In this document: in pieces, positions 11,631 to 24,500 of the stretch | How positions within the stretch are numbered: position 1 is the first letter of the stretch | Layout of the letters: each line of letters opens with the position of its first letter | Assembly (NCBI RefSeq): GCF_009834535.1 | Contig: NC_045698.1 | Coordinates: 1,676,001-1,740,000 of the forward strand | Direction of reading: 5' to 3' | Length of the DNA: 64,000 bases | From: Camelus ferus | Taxonomy: Eukaryota | Translations under genes and position numbers: made by a program | Notes under the pieces: generated by a model | The model's database searches: none | What the model saw: the letters and a program-made list of their open reading frames with translations, nothing else | What the model was told of the DNA's origin: nothing

Positions 11631-14600
11631 GTGCCCCAGTGTCAAACACCAGCCCTGGCCTCCGAGCCCACCGGCCCCTTCCCGTGGTGCATCCCGCACG
11701 TCCCCCAGATCGTGGCCGACACAGGGGACGGCAGCGTGGGCCTCTGGCTGCTGTGCCGGTCCTGCTGCAGGGGATGACGCAGGACACACGGGCTGTCTTC
11801 CACGGCCGCCCTCAGCAAAGGCTCGTTTACTGTTAATAATGACACCTTTGATTAGAGGCCACGCTTTCTGCGCACGGGCTCCGCTCGCAGCGGACCGAGC
11901 GGCTGTCAGGCACTGCTGCTTGCGCTGGCAGGGTGGGGGCGTCGAGCAGAGCAGGTTAGCGGATGGGCTTTGCAGGCCTTTCCCGTCAAGGCACACGGAG
12001 CCCCACAGAGCACAGCACCCCCAAGCCCACCGCCAGGGGCTGCAGAGCCCTCGTCCCAGAGAAACCCCAGGGGATGGAAAACGTTGTGGTGGAGTTCACC
12101 TTTGTCAGGATTTTTTCACAGTTTGGCTGGTCTTGCTCACCCCGCGTCCCCATGTGATCCAACCACAGTGACCCCTGTTTACCGCAAGGACCTGCTGGCA
12201 GGACGCAGCCAGGGTGATACTCTCTGCTCTCCGTCCCTTGCAGTGAGTGGACTCAGAGGGCCAGCACTGTGGGACAAGGGACAAGGCCGTGTGTGAGGAC
12301 ACACATCATACAGGGCAGTGTCACCTGCAGGCAGGAGCCAGGTAGGAGGTTCCCAGTCCAGGCTGGCCTCCTGCACGTCGGGGCTGCAGCTACAGTTTCT
12401 CAGCCCCCTCGCTGCTCACCCCAGCTGCCCCATCTGCCCCACACCTTTTCCAAGTGAGACGACCGTCCCCAGGGGACACTTGACAGCAGGACAGCAATTC
12501 GCCCAGACATTGCCCCCTCCCCGATCGTTTCATGACCACTGTCCACCCCCAGCCCTGGTTCCGTTGCTCCAGGTGACCAGGCGAGGAGGGCCCGGCATGT
12601 GTGCTGCGTGACAGCGGACAGGAAGCTGGTCTCTGAGCACCTGCGTCTCAGCCTACACTGTGTCCCATGCACCGTGCACCATGCAGCGTGCTAGGGCTGG
12701 ACAGGAGCTGCCCTGGCAGTTCCTGCCGTCTCTGCAGAGCATGGACCTCACCTGCACATGTGTAGTGACCCCAGCCCTTCCTCTGCCCTGGGGGTGCAGC
12801 GCTGAGAGCACCCCACAGCCCTGGAGGGGCCCAGAGCCAGCGGCACATGCACCATCGCTTTTCTGAGGAGCCCAGTGGGACCTGGACGTCCCAGGTGTCA
12901 GACGTAAAGGAGGGCCAGGGCTCCTCGGTTCTGTGTGTAGGTCTGAGGGGGCATCTCAGTGACCCTCAGGGTCCCCGCCCATGGTCCAGGACCCAGAACT
13001 GGCCTGGACCCGGAGCTCACCCAGAAGGCGGGGGAGGGCCGTGTCTCTTCGTCATTTAACCTGCGTCGTGATTGAGGACAGACTTCACCACACAGCGGTT
13101 TGGTTACCGCTGGGCGCGTGCATTTTCCCCTTAGATGTAAGCTTTCAGCTGGCCGTGAGCTGTGAGTACCTGATGTAGATCTAGTCTTGACAGTCAGTTC
13201 GAAGGGTCTAAATCGACCAGGACCTCTCATTTGAAATATTCCTTTAACTTCTGATAAACTAAACTTCCTGAACTACTAAACCCCAACAGTGCAACTTCTT
13301 GAGATAAAATTAAGGAAAATAATTTCCAAATTCTCCCATTTCCAAAAGCCATCCTGTCACTGACCTTGAGGGCTCCAATGTAAGCAGAGCGGCATCCCTG
13401 TGGGGTCCCCAAGCTGGTGAGGCCCTTGTCACAGCCAGCACTCACCCCCACCCTCCTGTCCGGGAGGACATCGGCCTTCGTCTCCGGAAGGACGGTAAGG
13501 GTCACCCTCGTGTCCGGGAGGACAGTGAGCTGCCCAGGTCCGGCCTCGGAGGGGAGCAGGGCCCGCGCAGACGCCGCCTGCCCCGGGCGCCGGCTAGTTC
13601 CCAGGGCGAGCGCGCTGTGATTGATGACCTGGCGGCGAGAGGCCCCCCTGTCGCCGCCTCCTGGGGCCTCCGAGACTCTGTGCCCATCCCCTCCCCTCCC
13701 CGGCCCAGGAGTCTCCGAGCTCAGGTCAAAGCAAAGGCAGCTCGGCCGCGCACAGGGCGCGAGGGCTGACCGCTGGGAGAACCGTCAGCCGCGCCATGTG
13801 ATGATCAACTGAGCAGTAAATTAATTAATCATCATTTTACGCCTCATCAAGCGCTTTGCTGAAACTCTCAGCAGGGGCCTCCCGATGAGCCAATGGGAGG
13901 CAGACTGTTTTGTTTAGCTGGGTGAGGCTTCCATAAACAGGGGAGGTTTTGACAAGCTAATAAATATGTCATTCGTCTCTGCCACTGGCAGCAGCCGGCC
14001 CCACCTGCAAAGTGGCGGGGTTCTGCCCGGCCTGGTGGGCAGTGAGTGATGGCAGAGACGTGCCGGGGAGGTGGCAATCCGGAGGCATGGGGAGCGGCGG
14101 AAAGCTCCCAGAAGTTCCTTCGAGCTTTGTGGGAAGAACGCCGCCTCCCCACGCAGGTCCCCGCGAGGGGCAGGACGTCCTGGCACTCGCCTTGCGGCCC
14201 AGCCGTGCACCGCGCAGGCCACGGGGGCCTCTCCCCCCGGGTCCCCGATGCAGGCACCAGGTGATAGCGTCTAAGGATGCCTGAGCGAGACCTCGGAAAT
14301 GGATCTTGTGGTAAAGTGCGCAGTTTCAGGAGTTATGAGACCTGCTGTTGCTCCTCATCAGCTTCAAAATAGATCACAGCAGCTTCTTGGGGCAAAGTCT
14401 CAGGCTAACCTTAGCTCATCCCTACGGAAAAATCCCGATAGAGCAGAACCATGCGTTTGTGGGAAGCTAGGTCTTCAAAGCTAAGGAAGAGCTGGAATTT
14501 GGGTGACGACTCGGGTGACCTTACCAAACGCTTTGCTCTGTTTTCTACCCCATACAGCCTTGGTAAGGACTTCGCAGCACGAAAGAAATCGGCATACCGG

Positions 14601-16451
14601 AAAGGTGCGAGTGCAAACTGCCCCCAGGTCTCTGATGTGTCAGTGCATTTTAACGAGTCTTTTAAGTGACTTTCAAACGTCCTCTGATGTAATTCGAAGG
14701 TCGCTCGCATCCGATGAGGATACAGTTTCTCAGCTGCAAGCGGTGTGTACCTGGCAGGTCCCGCGGGTCCTCCCACGTCAGGACAGCAAGGGAGGCCAGG
14801 AAGCCACCAAGCCACAATGACTCTCATCCTGTGCACAGCCCCACACCTGCCACGCTGGCTTCCATCAGGTTCAACAGAGCATCTTGCAGAGCCGTCACAC
14901 ACCCTCAGCCCCATCTCCTGCCCATACTGTGAATTCTATTTAAGATTCAAAACTAGGAAGGAACCCGAAGGGCGCTGCCCTGGAGCTCTCGCAGGAGGTC
15001 CCTGGGTTCAGATCCTCGGCCCTCGCCCATGGCAGGCGCTGCTCTGTCACCTGCTCCGGGTTCAGTAGAGTCACTGGGACCTTAGGCACTGCCCTCCCGT
15101 GACTGCTGGCTGGGCGTGGGGGAGCTTTCCAACAGGACTCGCTGGGTTCAGAACCTGGACCCAGGCTTACATCACAAATGGCCACCGTCGGCAGAGGGCC
15201 AGAGCAGGTGGCCTTGGCTCCACTGTCCCCTGGTCGCCGTCCATTCTGATTCTCGCACGGTGCCCACATTCACGATGACATAAGGCGGACCAGCGTGAGC
15301 CGCACCATCTCTCGTCCCAGCTCCAAATCACCGTCATTTCAAGGCGATGGCGCCGCTTTCCTCGGAAAGATGACGAGACAGGAGGTCTGGGAACGCGCCT
15401 CGGTTTCCGCAGAGCTGCGTTCACCCCACCACGTCCCACGTGGCGCGCACACTGTTCTTTGTGACCTGATGGTGCAGGCGGATCCAGGAGACAGCCTTTA
15501 ATGCTGGGCGTGAACTGGCTCCGTGCTGCTCGTCACACAGCCCAGTGCTCCCCCTGTGTGTTCTCTGTCACACTTGTCAGGACGAGCTCAAGGTCACTTC
15601 CACGATCGGCTCTCAGAGCTGGGGGCAGGGATCACGCTGTCTCCGGCTGCGGGTCACTCTGTCCTCAGGGTCAGATGGCAGGCGCCGGGCGCAGACCGGC
15701 ATTCGAGGCACCGCTGACCTGTATTAGATGGAAGACTCCCGGAGGAGTAAAGTGACAAAGATCCAGGACTTCAGAGTTGATTTCTCTTTAAATCTTTCTA
15801 TCTCCTAGTTTCTTATTTTTGAAACTGAGTTCAAGAGAAAGAAAGAGAAAGGGGAAGGGAGGCCAGGAGGGAAGTCAGCCAAGTTCAAAGGAAGGGACAC
15901 TGTCTAGGAATGTTTCCATTCTTGCTTTATCTGGCTTCACGGCTTGAAGACATGAGGACCTTCACGCAGGAGGCAGTGACATTCCAGAACTGTCTCGTGA
16001 GATGTGAATAGAAGTCCTAGGCTGATGGCACCCCTGACGGGACCCCCAGAAGCTCAGGGCATCCTGCCTGGCCTGTCTCATTTTGGGGCGGCACAAGGAA
16101 ATTAGTGCATTGAAGACCAGCAATTTTCTGCAGTGACCAGTTTAACGTGGTCCAGCCCAGTTTCTCAAACGCTCTAACCATGGAGGCTGTCACTGAGGAG
16201 TGGCCCCGGGAGCCCAGAGGTGGGGGGGCTGCCCTGAGCTCTCACCTCAAACCCCCGCTGGCCCCGCCCCCACTTCCCGAGGTGCAGGATTCCCTCCTCA
16301 GGTGCCCAAGGGCCCCCGAATTCCAGGCCTCCCTTCAGCCACCGTGCACGCTGCCCCTGGAGTCCTAACCTCCCCAGTAGCACTTTAAAGGCCTGACCAG
16401 TCGAGTGATTCTCATGTTTCTGTATTTTTATTTATTTTTCAGTCTATTTCA

Positions 16452-16677
16452 TGCATTCTCGAAGGGGGTGATATTATCCCAAAGAGGGTAAAAAATTGGT
16501 TCCTAGGGGACAAAAAAGCCTTACTCTTTTTAGACACAAAGCACAAATGCACCCATAATACATCAACTGAGACACAGCACATCTCCAGTGTTAGGTTTTA
16601 CTCGGGCCGTGACCAGGGAAAGAGCCCTGCAGACCCGCTGCAGGGGCGGCGGTGAGAAGTCAGGCCGGGAGGCGCTG
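16452..16677. mobile_element. hAT-Charlie non-autonomous DNA transposon (Charlie4-like)
   Basis: gcattctcgaagggggtgatattatcccaaagagggtaaaaaattggttc resembles the recalled Charlie4-type terminus. The 3' half is GC-shifted and ends at ggaggcgctg. Confidence 0.55.
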
Positions 16678-17149
16678 CCCCTCTTCGTCCGCCAAATTGT
16701 GCACGAAGCGCATCTGACTCTCCTGGTAACTGTAGCCCATATTCTTGTTGTGTGTATGCGCACGCACTCGAACGCAGGCTCACACACACCCACACAAGCA
16801 CACACGCAGTGCTTTTATATTTAGCTGCTACACTGTTTGCTGGAAAAAAGGTAAGAGTATTGCGGTAACTCCCTCACCTGCCGGGTCTCCGCTTCCGCTG
16901 CATTTAAAACTAATGTTTCTATTCTGCTTTGAGTCGGTTTGATTTCGCTGGTGAGCGTTGGCCCGTGTCTTTATTCTCAATTCTCCCTTGTCACTCAATT
17001 TTGCAGAACTTCTCACTAACCACAGAGCTGGGCTTTATGTTATGAGCCGACCTGGCGCTCTCGGAGTCTTGACATAGCTGTTGAGTCTGGTGGCACCACC
17101 GTGAGAACTGAGGGGCTGGGCTGCGTGTTTATAAGTTTTTAATTCTACT

Positions 17150-17610
17150 CCATGATGTTCTTTCCCATGAGGTTTGTGGGGTTTTTTTTTTTTTTTCCTA
17201 TTTCAAGCATCTTTAGTTTGTGCGTGTATCTACAAACGTCATGGTTATCACCGTGCATCAGGATGCACTTCTACACCCTGCGAGTGTGACAGCCTGTCAT
17301 GCTCTCCCCACCTCCATCTCTCCCTGCCTTGAAACTCCTGATTCAGCTGTCATTTGTTGAACCGCCTCGTGATTACATTCCTTACACAGCAAAGACAGTG
17401 ACATTCTCTCCTCTTGACATCCTCACGTGTTCAGAGTCATTTTCAACTGTCCTGAAAGATGAGCAGCATCTCAGCTGAGGATACAGACTCCTTACTTCCC
17501 ACTCTCTGCTCTGCGTTCCTCTAGTCCTGCAGAGGAGAAGTCTGGTGCTGCTCCAATGCCTTCCCCTGGAAAAAAGCTGCGCCTTCTGTCTTGAAATTGC
17601 TAGAAACGTT
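17150..17610 (-). mobile_element. Old L1M fragment, antisense
   Basis: T-rich plus strand with L1M-like antisense motifs (ttgaaact, gaggagaagtctg...ttcccctg). Boundaries approximate. Confidence 0.45.
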
Positions 17611-17639
17611 GGGGTTACAATTAAACAGTAACAATTAAA

Positions 17640-18075
17640 ATATAAAATCCACCTCCTGTATAATCTAGCATGCTGGTTTGGGGAAATACATGATATATAA
17701 ATGAAAGCATAACTATGAGAAATGCTTCTTTAGAATAGACTCAAGTCTGACCAGCAATGACACACTGACGTTATGAAGTATAATGCAGCCTTGGCAAAGG
17801 TGGCCAGAAGGTATGTCGTGTGAAAAAGGAGGAATTGTAGAGATAAGCATTCGTATGTGCGTGCTGTGGAGGGAAGACCATTCCACTGGGGTATCGGTGC
17901 TCCACTGAGCTAGGTGGACAGAAGTTGTGGAAAGTGCCCCCAGGTGTCGCTGACGGGGTGGACGGTGGAGAAGAGTCCTCCCTGACGTGCCTTTGGGTGG
18001 TTCCAGTTGTTACAATGGACATGTTTATTGTGTGATTTTAAAAATAAAGTAAACTATATCTAAAAGGAAATAAAA
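17640..18075 (+). mobile_element. Old L1ME-type 3' fragment
   Basis: A-rich, with tataatctagca and ataactatgagaaatg, ending in aaaataaagtaaa...aataaaa. Confidence 0.4.
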
Positions 18076-18451
18076 TTCACTTTAACCAAGTGATCTTCCA
18101 CCTGGAAACCGTCAATGACAGAACTGAATTGGATCATTCAGAACATGTCATGCGAGACCCTCACATCAGGTGTCTAGTCCCCTCTCCAGACATAGCTCCA
18201 CCAGCTCTGACCCATGGGTCCCAACCCATGAAAAACTGTCCCCTCTTCTCACTCAAGCATGGCTTAAATCTCTCCTTCTCCTTAAACTGATTTCAACATG
18301 TTGGCTTGATTTCTTCCTCCTTTGTAAACTTTAGAAAATTTTATCTGTGCTCTCTAGGGGGCAATTAATCCCAGACCACCCTGTGTCATTGTCTGGTTTA
18401 GACAACTATCTCCAGTTTAGACACATATGAATTTTCATACACCAAGCACTT

Positions 18452-18560
18452 GCGTCCCCAACTGTGTTACAAGTTCATGAGGGTAAGAACTGTATCTTGG
18501 AAATAGCAGACTTATAACAGTGCGTCACAGACAATGGAAGTCAACACACAAACCGATCGA
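18452..18560 (+). mobile_element. L2 3' end
   Basis: caagttcatgagggtaagaactgtatctt...acagtgcgtcacagac matches the L2 terminus (taagctccatgagggcagggactgtgtctt...acagtgcctggcaca). Confidence 0.6.
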
Positions 18561-21500
18561 TAGTGATGGGGTGATCTGCTGGGCAGCTAGATGGGATGGC
18601 AGGGTCTTACAGGTCTTTCTGTCCGCAGGACTCCCGCAGAACATGATGCATTCATTGGGTGGCATTCAACCAAAATATCAGCCCTGGCTACTCTGATATT
18701 TCCGGCTCAAAAATATATTACATAGCATGTCAAATAGACACATTTATGAACAACTATCAGTGTATTGAAAACATAGAGCAATAGAAAGATAGATATTTTA
18801 AGATAAAAAGATTTTTCAGCTCTTAAGGTAAATGTTTACTGTGCAGAACAATGAGACTGCAATTCGGAAAAGCTGTTTCCAAACAGCAGTAAGTGCCTGG
18901 GCTGCATCACTCGGCTCATTGCCTGAGCACAGAGGTGGTCAACGGTTTTTTTTTTCCTTGTCTATAACTTAGAAAAATGATGTTAAATCCTTGGATTTAA
19001 AATTTTAAAAAGCTAATAAATCAGCAACAGATAAACAAATGGGCAAGCAAACAACACAGAATTTAAAATAACATTTTATCGAAACCCTCCTGGGACGCGC
19101 AGCAGCACGTGGCTTTCAGGCCGCGGACGCCTCCAGCGGCCCCTGCCTGACCCTTCAAGGCTCAGTGCGCGTCCCCTGCACCGTGACTTCCCACCCCCCC
19201 CCACCTCTTCACACGTGACCTTTGTCTCTATGGCTCTAGAGGACGTTCAAGGACGTCACTGTCTGCAGGCTACACAGGCGGTATGTTTCCTGATGTTTTT
19301 CCGCTGAACATTGTCCAACATGAAAGACGATGTTTGTAACGATGAAATTTGGGAACCCCAGCCCATCTCCGTGTGCCAAGCGGCTTCAGTGCAGAGCACA
19401 CGTCCACAGCTAACTTAACCTTTTTTTTTCTTATAAGTGCTTGCAGGTTTATTTTTAATCTTTGGGTTTCAAAAAGCTGCCCAGATCTACCGAGGTGTTC
19501 ATCCGATGTCTGCGCGTCCCCGCTCAGCAGCCCCCACCCTGGCCCTTCTCACCCCATGAGGGAGGGATACAGGGAGCCACTCACATGGCCCCTTTTCTTC
19601 TGCTCTGTCTTCCCTCCCCCCATGTTAAAAGCTCCCCTCCTGGGGTCTCCCCCAGCCTCCAGCCCACTGTGAGTGTTACTGGGGGGCCCCTTGGTGCCTG
19701 GAAGGGCTCCCACCCCATCCTCTGCCTCTGTCTGAATGAATAAACAGCCTGATCAGCGGACCCGAGAGAACTCGGTGTCCATTCAGGAGTCGGGGACGCT
19801 CCTCCGACACCTGGATGCCAACGACCCCGAACACGTGAGGTCTCTGGCCTGTCCCCCGCGCTGCCCTGCAGGGGCCCAGGAATTTTATCTGTGTTTGTTG
19901 CCAATCAGTGGGTGTTGGTGGGAATGAAAGGATAAATTCACCACGAAATCGTTGTTCAAGTATCATTTCTTTTCCGGTTCCTTTCGGTTCTGTGAGCGGC
20001 CCACGTCTGGGTTCCTTCTAAGGGTCTGAAATGTCTCCCTTTGCATCGAGGGCTAGTCCTACCAAGGGGGCCTGGTCGCCGCAGCTCCGCGCAGCCCTGG
20101 CCCCCCGTGCCAGGCGAAACGCTGCGTCTGTACACGGGGGGGAGCCCTCGCCTGCGTGCCCGTGGTCCCCCTTGTCCCCCTCGACTTCCAGCTGGCCTTG
20201 CCCGCCGGAAACGCCACACCCGAGAGGCCCTGAGAGACAGATGCCGGGGCTGATTTTACAGCCGCCCCATGAGGCTCCTGCGGTGAGGCCTTGAGAAGAA
20301 TTCTAAACAGACGTGCGAGGGGGTCCTAACCTAGATGTATGAAGCTCACTGATGAAGCAGTGTTTTCACAAAATGCGCACCAGCAACCATAACAGGTGGG
20401 CCTGTCTGGGAGGCAAGGGGACGCTGGTGGCCGCTCCCAGCCCTGCAACCTCAGTGGATTAAAGGGACAAGTTCCCTTCACACCACGTGTACGTGTGGAC
20501 GGTTGGCGGGCGGCTCTGCTCATCCAGGCCACTCAGGACCCAGGCTGATGGAGGCCCTGTGTCTTCACAAACTCCCTTTGCCGCAGGTGGGGGTGGGGGG
20601 CGTCTCACACACGGGCTCTGAGAATGTCCACGTGGACCGTGTGGCTCCGTGAGGCCACGTGGCACTGTGCCCCGCTCCACACGCCTGCTCAGTGGGTCAG
20701 GGAAGTGATGCCCCGCGTGGGTCCTTACGGAGAACTAGCGTGTTTATTGGCTCGGTAGACTTCACTGTCAGAAGAAACAAACATGGGAGATAAAGGGATC
20801 GCAGGTGAGAAAGCAGCAGCAAAGAGCGTTTACACCATCAGAAAAAGACAATAAAATCAAAGCACATTTTGAAACAGGATGTGTATTGTGCTTAGCTTTC
20901 TAAGAAACGAATTTAACGTAACTTTCTGAATCAGTGCTACTCAAGAGTAGCCTATGGTTTCAGACGTCCCTCTAATGTACTCAGTGCAAAGTTTGGTGAG
21001 AAACGTGTCTGCAAAAGGTGACTTCCCGCATGCCGCGTTCAGGGGCCAAGTTCCTAGACGTCCTCTCCCACGCCACCCGGATCTGGGCTTTTCTGAACAC
21101 GCCCTAAGAACCTCTGGCATGTTTTAACGGCAGGTTGAGTGGTAGCCACGGGGACCTGCTATCCTGCTGGGTGTCGGGGCATTGAACCAACAGGCTGTGA
21201 TACGGAAGGTGTGTAATGGCTGCTCATGTGATATAGTCACGTTCATTTTACTCAAACCGATACACTGTGGGCAAAAGTCGTTCGTGACCCATGCTTCCAG
21301 CTCACAAACCGAGAGAACGTCTGGAATGAAAATGTTGACAACGAGCTTCCCCAGCCTGTCGGTGACACAGAGTCTACACAGGACTTCACACAGGCGGGGC
21401 GGCGGGGCGGGAAGAGGGGCCGTGGGCCAGGACAGCTGACAGGCGCTTCGGTTTGTAGGGACACGGTTTTGGCTTCAGCGGCAGCTTACGTCACTGAGCA

Positions 21501-24500
21501 CCAGGAAGCCTCCCGGAATTAAGTGCTCTGTTGTCCTGAGATGACTGCTTCTGTGGACCAACGCCCCGAGGCCTTTTCAGTCACACTAGGTAATTTTTAA
21601 AACAATAAAACCACTTTTTAATGATTCTGTAGATAATTGAGGGGGGGGTCCTCCTCTTTTTTATGGTTTAAGCCACAGAGTTGAGGAATCTTCCTGAAAA
21701 GGAAGCAAACACTCCTCGTCCGTCAGCAGATGAATGGAGACAGAGATGGCACACGTGGCTTCAATTCTCTGGACAGAGTGAGAAGAATTTGCCTTTAAAA
21801 AAGATTTTAAAAGCGGAATCACAGAGAGAATTTATCAGAGGACACATTCGAGAAAGCTGTGAGTCTGGGACAGAACTCGGAAGGAGATTCCTTAAACTCT
21901 GAGCATCTTGGAAGGAAGGGGTGGGGCCGAGGACCTCATGGAAATCGCCAAGGAGACTTGGGACATTACTGCTGTGATCGGGCTGAAGCTGGTGCCTGAG
22001 TGACGGTGGAGAGTTGAAAGGAGGCCCAGCGAAAACCCAGAGGCCGTGGAGAAACTGTCGGTTGTTATTTCCGACAGTCAGACTGCTGGAAGCCCTCTCT
22101 TTCTGAGCATCCGCAGAAACAGAAGTTGCAAAGCCCACTTCCAAGATGCCAGAGCACGAGGCGCTGACCTCCAGTGGACTCGCTCTGGTTCTTGGCCTAC
22201 GATGCTCTCCGGCCCGAGAAGGACTAGGAGGGGAGGGTGTGAGTTTCGAAGACGAGCCCTCTGGAAGGCGGTGGTAAAGCCCTGGCCAAGCGTGGCCCAC
22301 GCTTCCCCCGCCCCCCGAGGCGTTAGCACCCCTGCTCAGCCATCAGGAATCTTCCCAGTTCCCGAGCCTCTGACTCACTTCCTTTCTGAAGCTCATCCTT
22401 CTGTTCACGTCCGCTTGAGACTGACTATAAACTTTACTTCTGTCAGCACCGAGGAACGTGCAAGTCATTTAGAGCCGGCTTCAGCCCCTGCCTTCTGCCC
22501 CTTCGCGAATCCGCCCTTCACGCTCCCCTAGCCAGCATTTTGGTTGATTTTCTGAGAAGCAGTGACTTATTCTGGCTCTCTCAGAAGATCTCAGGAACAA
22601 ACTGACCGAGAGTCAGATGGAGCAGCATGACACGGACTCGGTCCTGCTGTTTGGTTTTAATTTCCAGACCCCAGTCCTGTTTCAGATTCGCATCTCATCT
22701 TCATCAATTGGGCACACATCGCGGGACACACATCCCAGATGAGGAGGCCGGGGCATTGGAAGTGACGGGAAACCTTACCTTCGCACCGACGGTGCCCCGC
22801 CAAGTCCAGAGTCAGCTCCACAGGAGGCTGAACTTCCTATTCGGCATCTTCGCCAGCTAAGTCACCTGTTTTCTCATCTTGGAGTGTCGACACCATGTCC
22901 ACGTGATGCGGGGAGGAGGTTCGGGGACTGACCCCGCTTGCTGTTGCTCACGCTGTTGTTAATTTCAGTTGCCTGAAACAAGGAGGAGACACCAAGAAGC
23001 TCTCTCAGGGACGCCAGGCTGGGCTGGCACGCGCAGGCAGAAGGGCTTCAGGTCACAGGGGCCAAACAACCCTTCACCCGAGGGGCCCCCCAGAAGCCAC
23101 ACCCAGAAGCCTCGGGTCCTGGCGGGCAGACCATCGCCCCAGCTCACGGACTCTCCATCCTGACAACCTTGGAGGGCGGAGGACCATCTGCTCTCCCTCC
23201 TCACCCCACCAGTTAGACAGGAGGGACCAGAGGAGCTGGCTCCGGAGCACGTGGCAAACGGGCACACACGCCGGGAGGAAGTGGCCCTAGCAGCCCGAGG
23301 AAGGCAGGCTGGGAAGCAGGGACCCCAAGCCCTCGGGGAACCGGGATCCCCAGTCCTGCGGTGCCCAAAGGCCAACGTGAGCTGGGATGTGGGCACACCC
23401 AGGGAGTGGAGCCCAGAGGCGCAGCGTGTGGCAGCCCAGCGCACGGCTCTGATGGCCTGCCCTGGTGCGCGTGGCCCCTGCTGCAGGTCTGCGCGGGCCT
23501 CTCGCAGCCACTGAGCCAGAGCCTAAGTCACTGAACGTCCACCCTGCACCTGGACAGACCCGGGTCTTCTTCCTGAAAGGCTGGCAGGGAAGGGGGATGT
23601 CTGGGGAGGGGGCCCAACGGTACGAAGTGTACTGAAACTCGGTGGTTTGAAGCTCGTCCTCCAATCCACGTACAATAATCTCATTGCCGTCTTCCGTGCT
23701 TCATCCAGGGTCTTTCCAGGGTGTCTGGAATTTGACTCTCTGCATCACACTCTCATCTTTGAACAAATCAGAATCTAAATTTACTTTTTTAGGAGCTTCA
23801 TGCAATTCCCAGGGCAAAGCGGGAACCTGCCCCTCTTGAGGCGCTAGTCACTCTGACCCACTGGTCTAGGTGCTCCTAGACAGAGGCATGCAACGCTCCG
23901 CAGCCCGCTGAGCGGGGAGTAAAGCTGAAAGCCAGGGACCTCAGGCCTCCCAGCAGATGGACTGTCCCCTAGGCCCCTGGACAAGGTGGCCCCGGGCTCC
24001 CCGCAGCCCTCACGGGGGTTCTCCCCCGGCTTCTAGACCCAAGTGTTCTTCCATCAGCCAAGATCCCCATAAAAGCAGCTGAGACCCCAGAGTTCTGCGC
24101 AATCCACAGCGAGGGCTGGGACAGAGACGCCACCCGCAGGGCCTGAGCAAGCAGGTGTCTTCACGTGGAATAACCCTCCCGGGGGACAGATGGAAGGCCA
24201 CATGAACTGATTTATGGGCTAAAATTCCATTTCCCTCTGCTTCACGGATTTCATACTTGTTGTAATTATGGAAAATTCTTTTAAACAGGCTATAAAAAGA
24301 CGCTGTTTCATCGGGGGGGTATGAGGGTTGGGGCCCCTGGCGCTCAGCTGTTTTGCTCTGCAGCCACGCCCAGCGCCCCGAGATGGGGACGGCACGGCCA
24401 CGGCCCCTGCTCTGCACGCTCAAGACACTCGCCCTCCCTGCCTGCTGTGTTCATTGTGTTACCTTCACTGGGTCAGCATCAGACAGACTTCCAAATTTAG

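Noticed and set aside
11258..12171. His/Pro-rich ORFs and a CRISPR-like periodic pattern
   Set aside because: Simple minisatellite with no unique spacers. Eukaryotic context and no cas genes.
13449..13528. Three copies of cctcgtgtccgggaggaca
   Set aside because: Small local tandem duplication with no evidence of function.
16825..16850. 26-nt plus-strand micro-exon-like pattern (tatttag...aag|gtaaga)
   Set aside because: Isolated, not a multiple of three and without supporting partner exons. Such matches are expected by chance in 64 kb.
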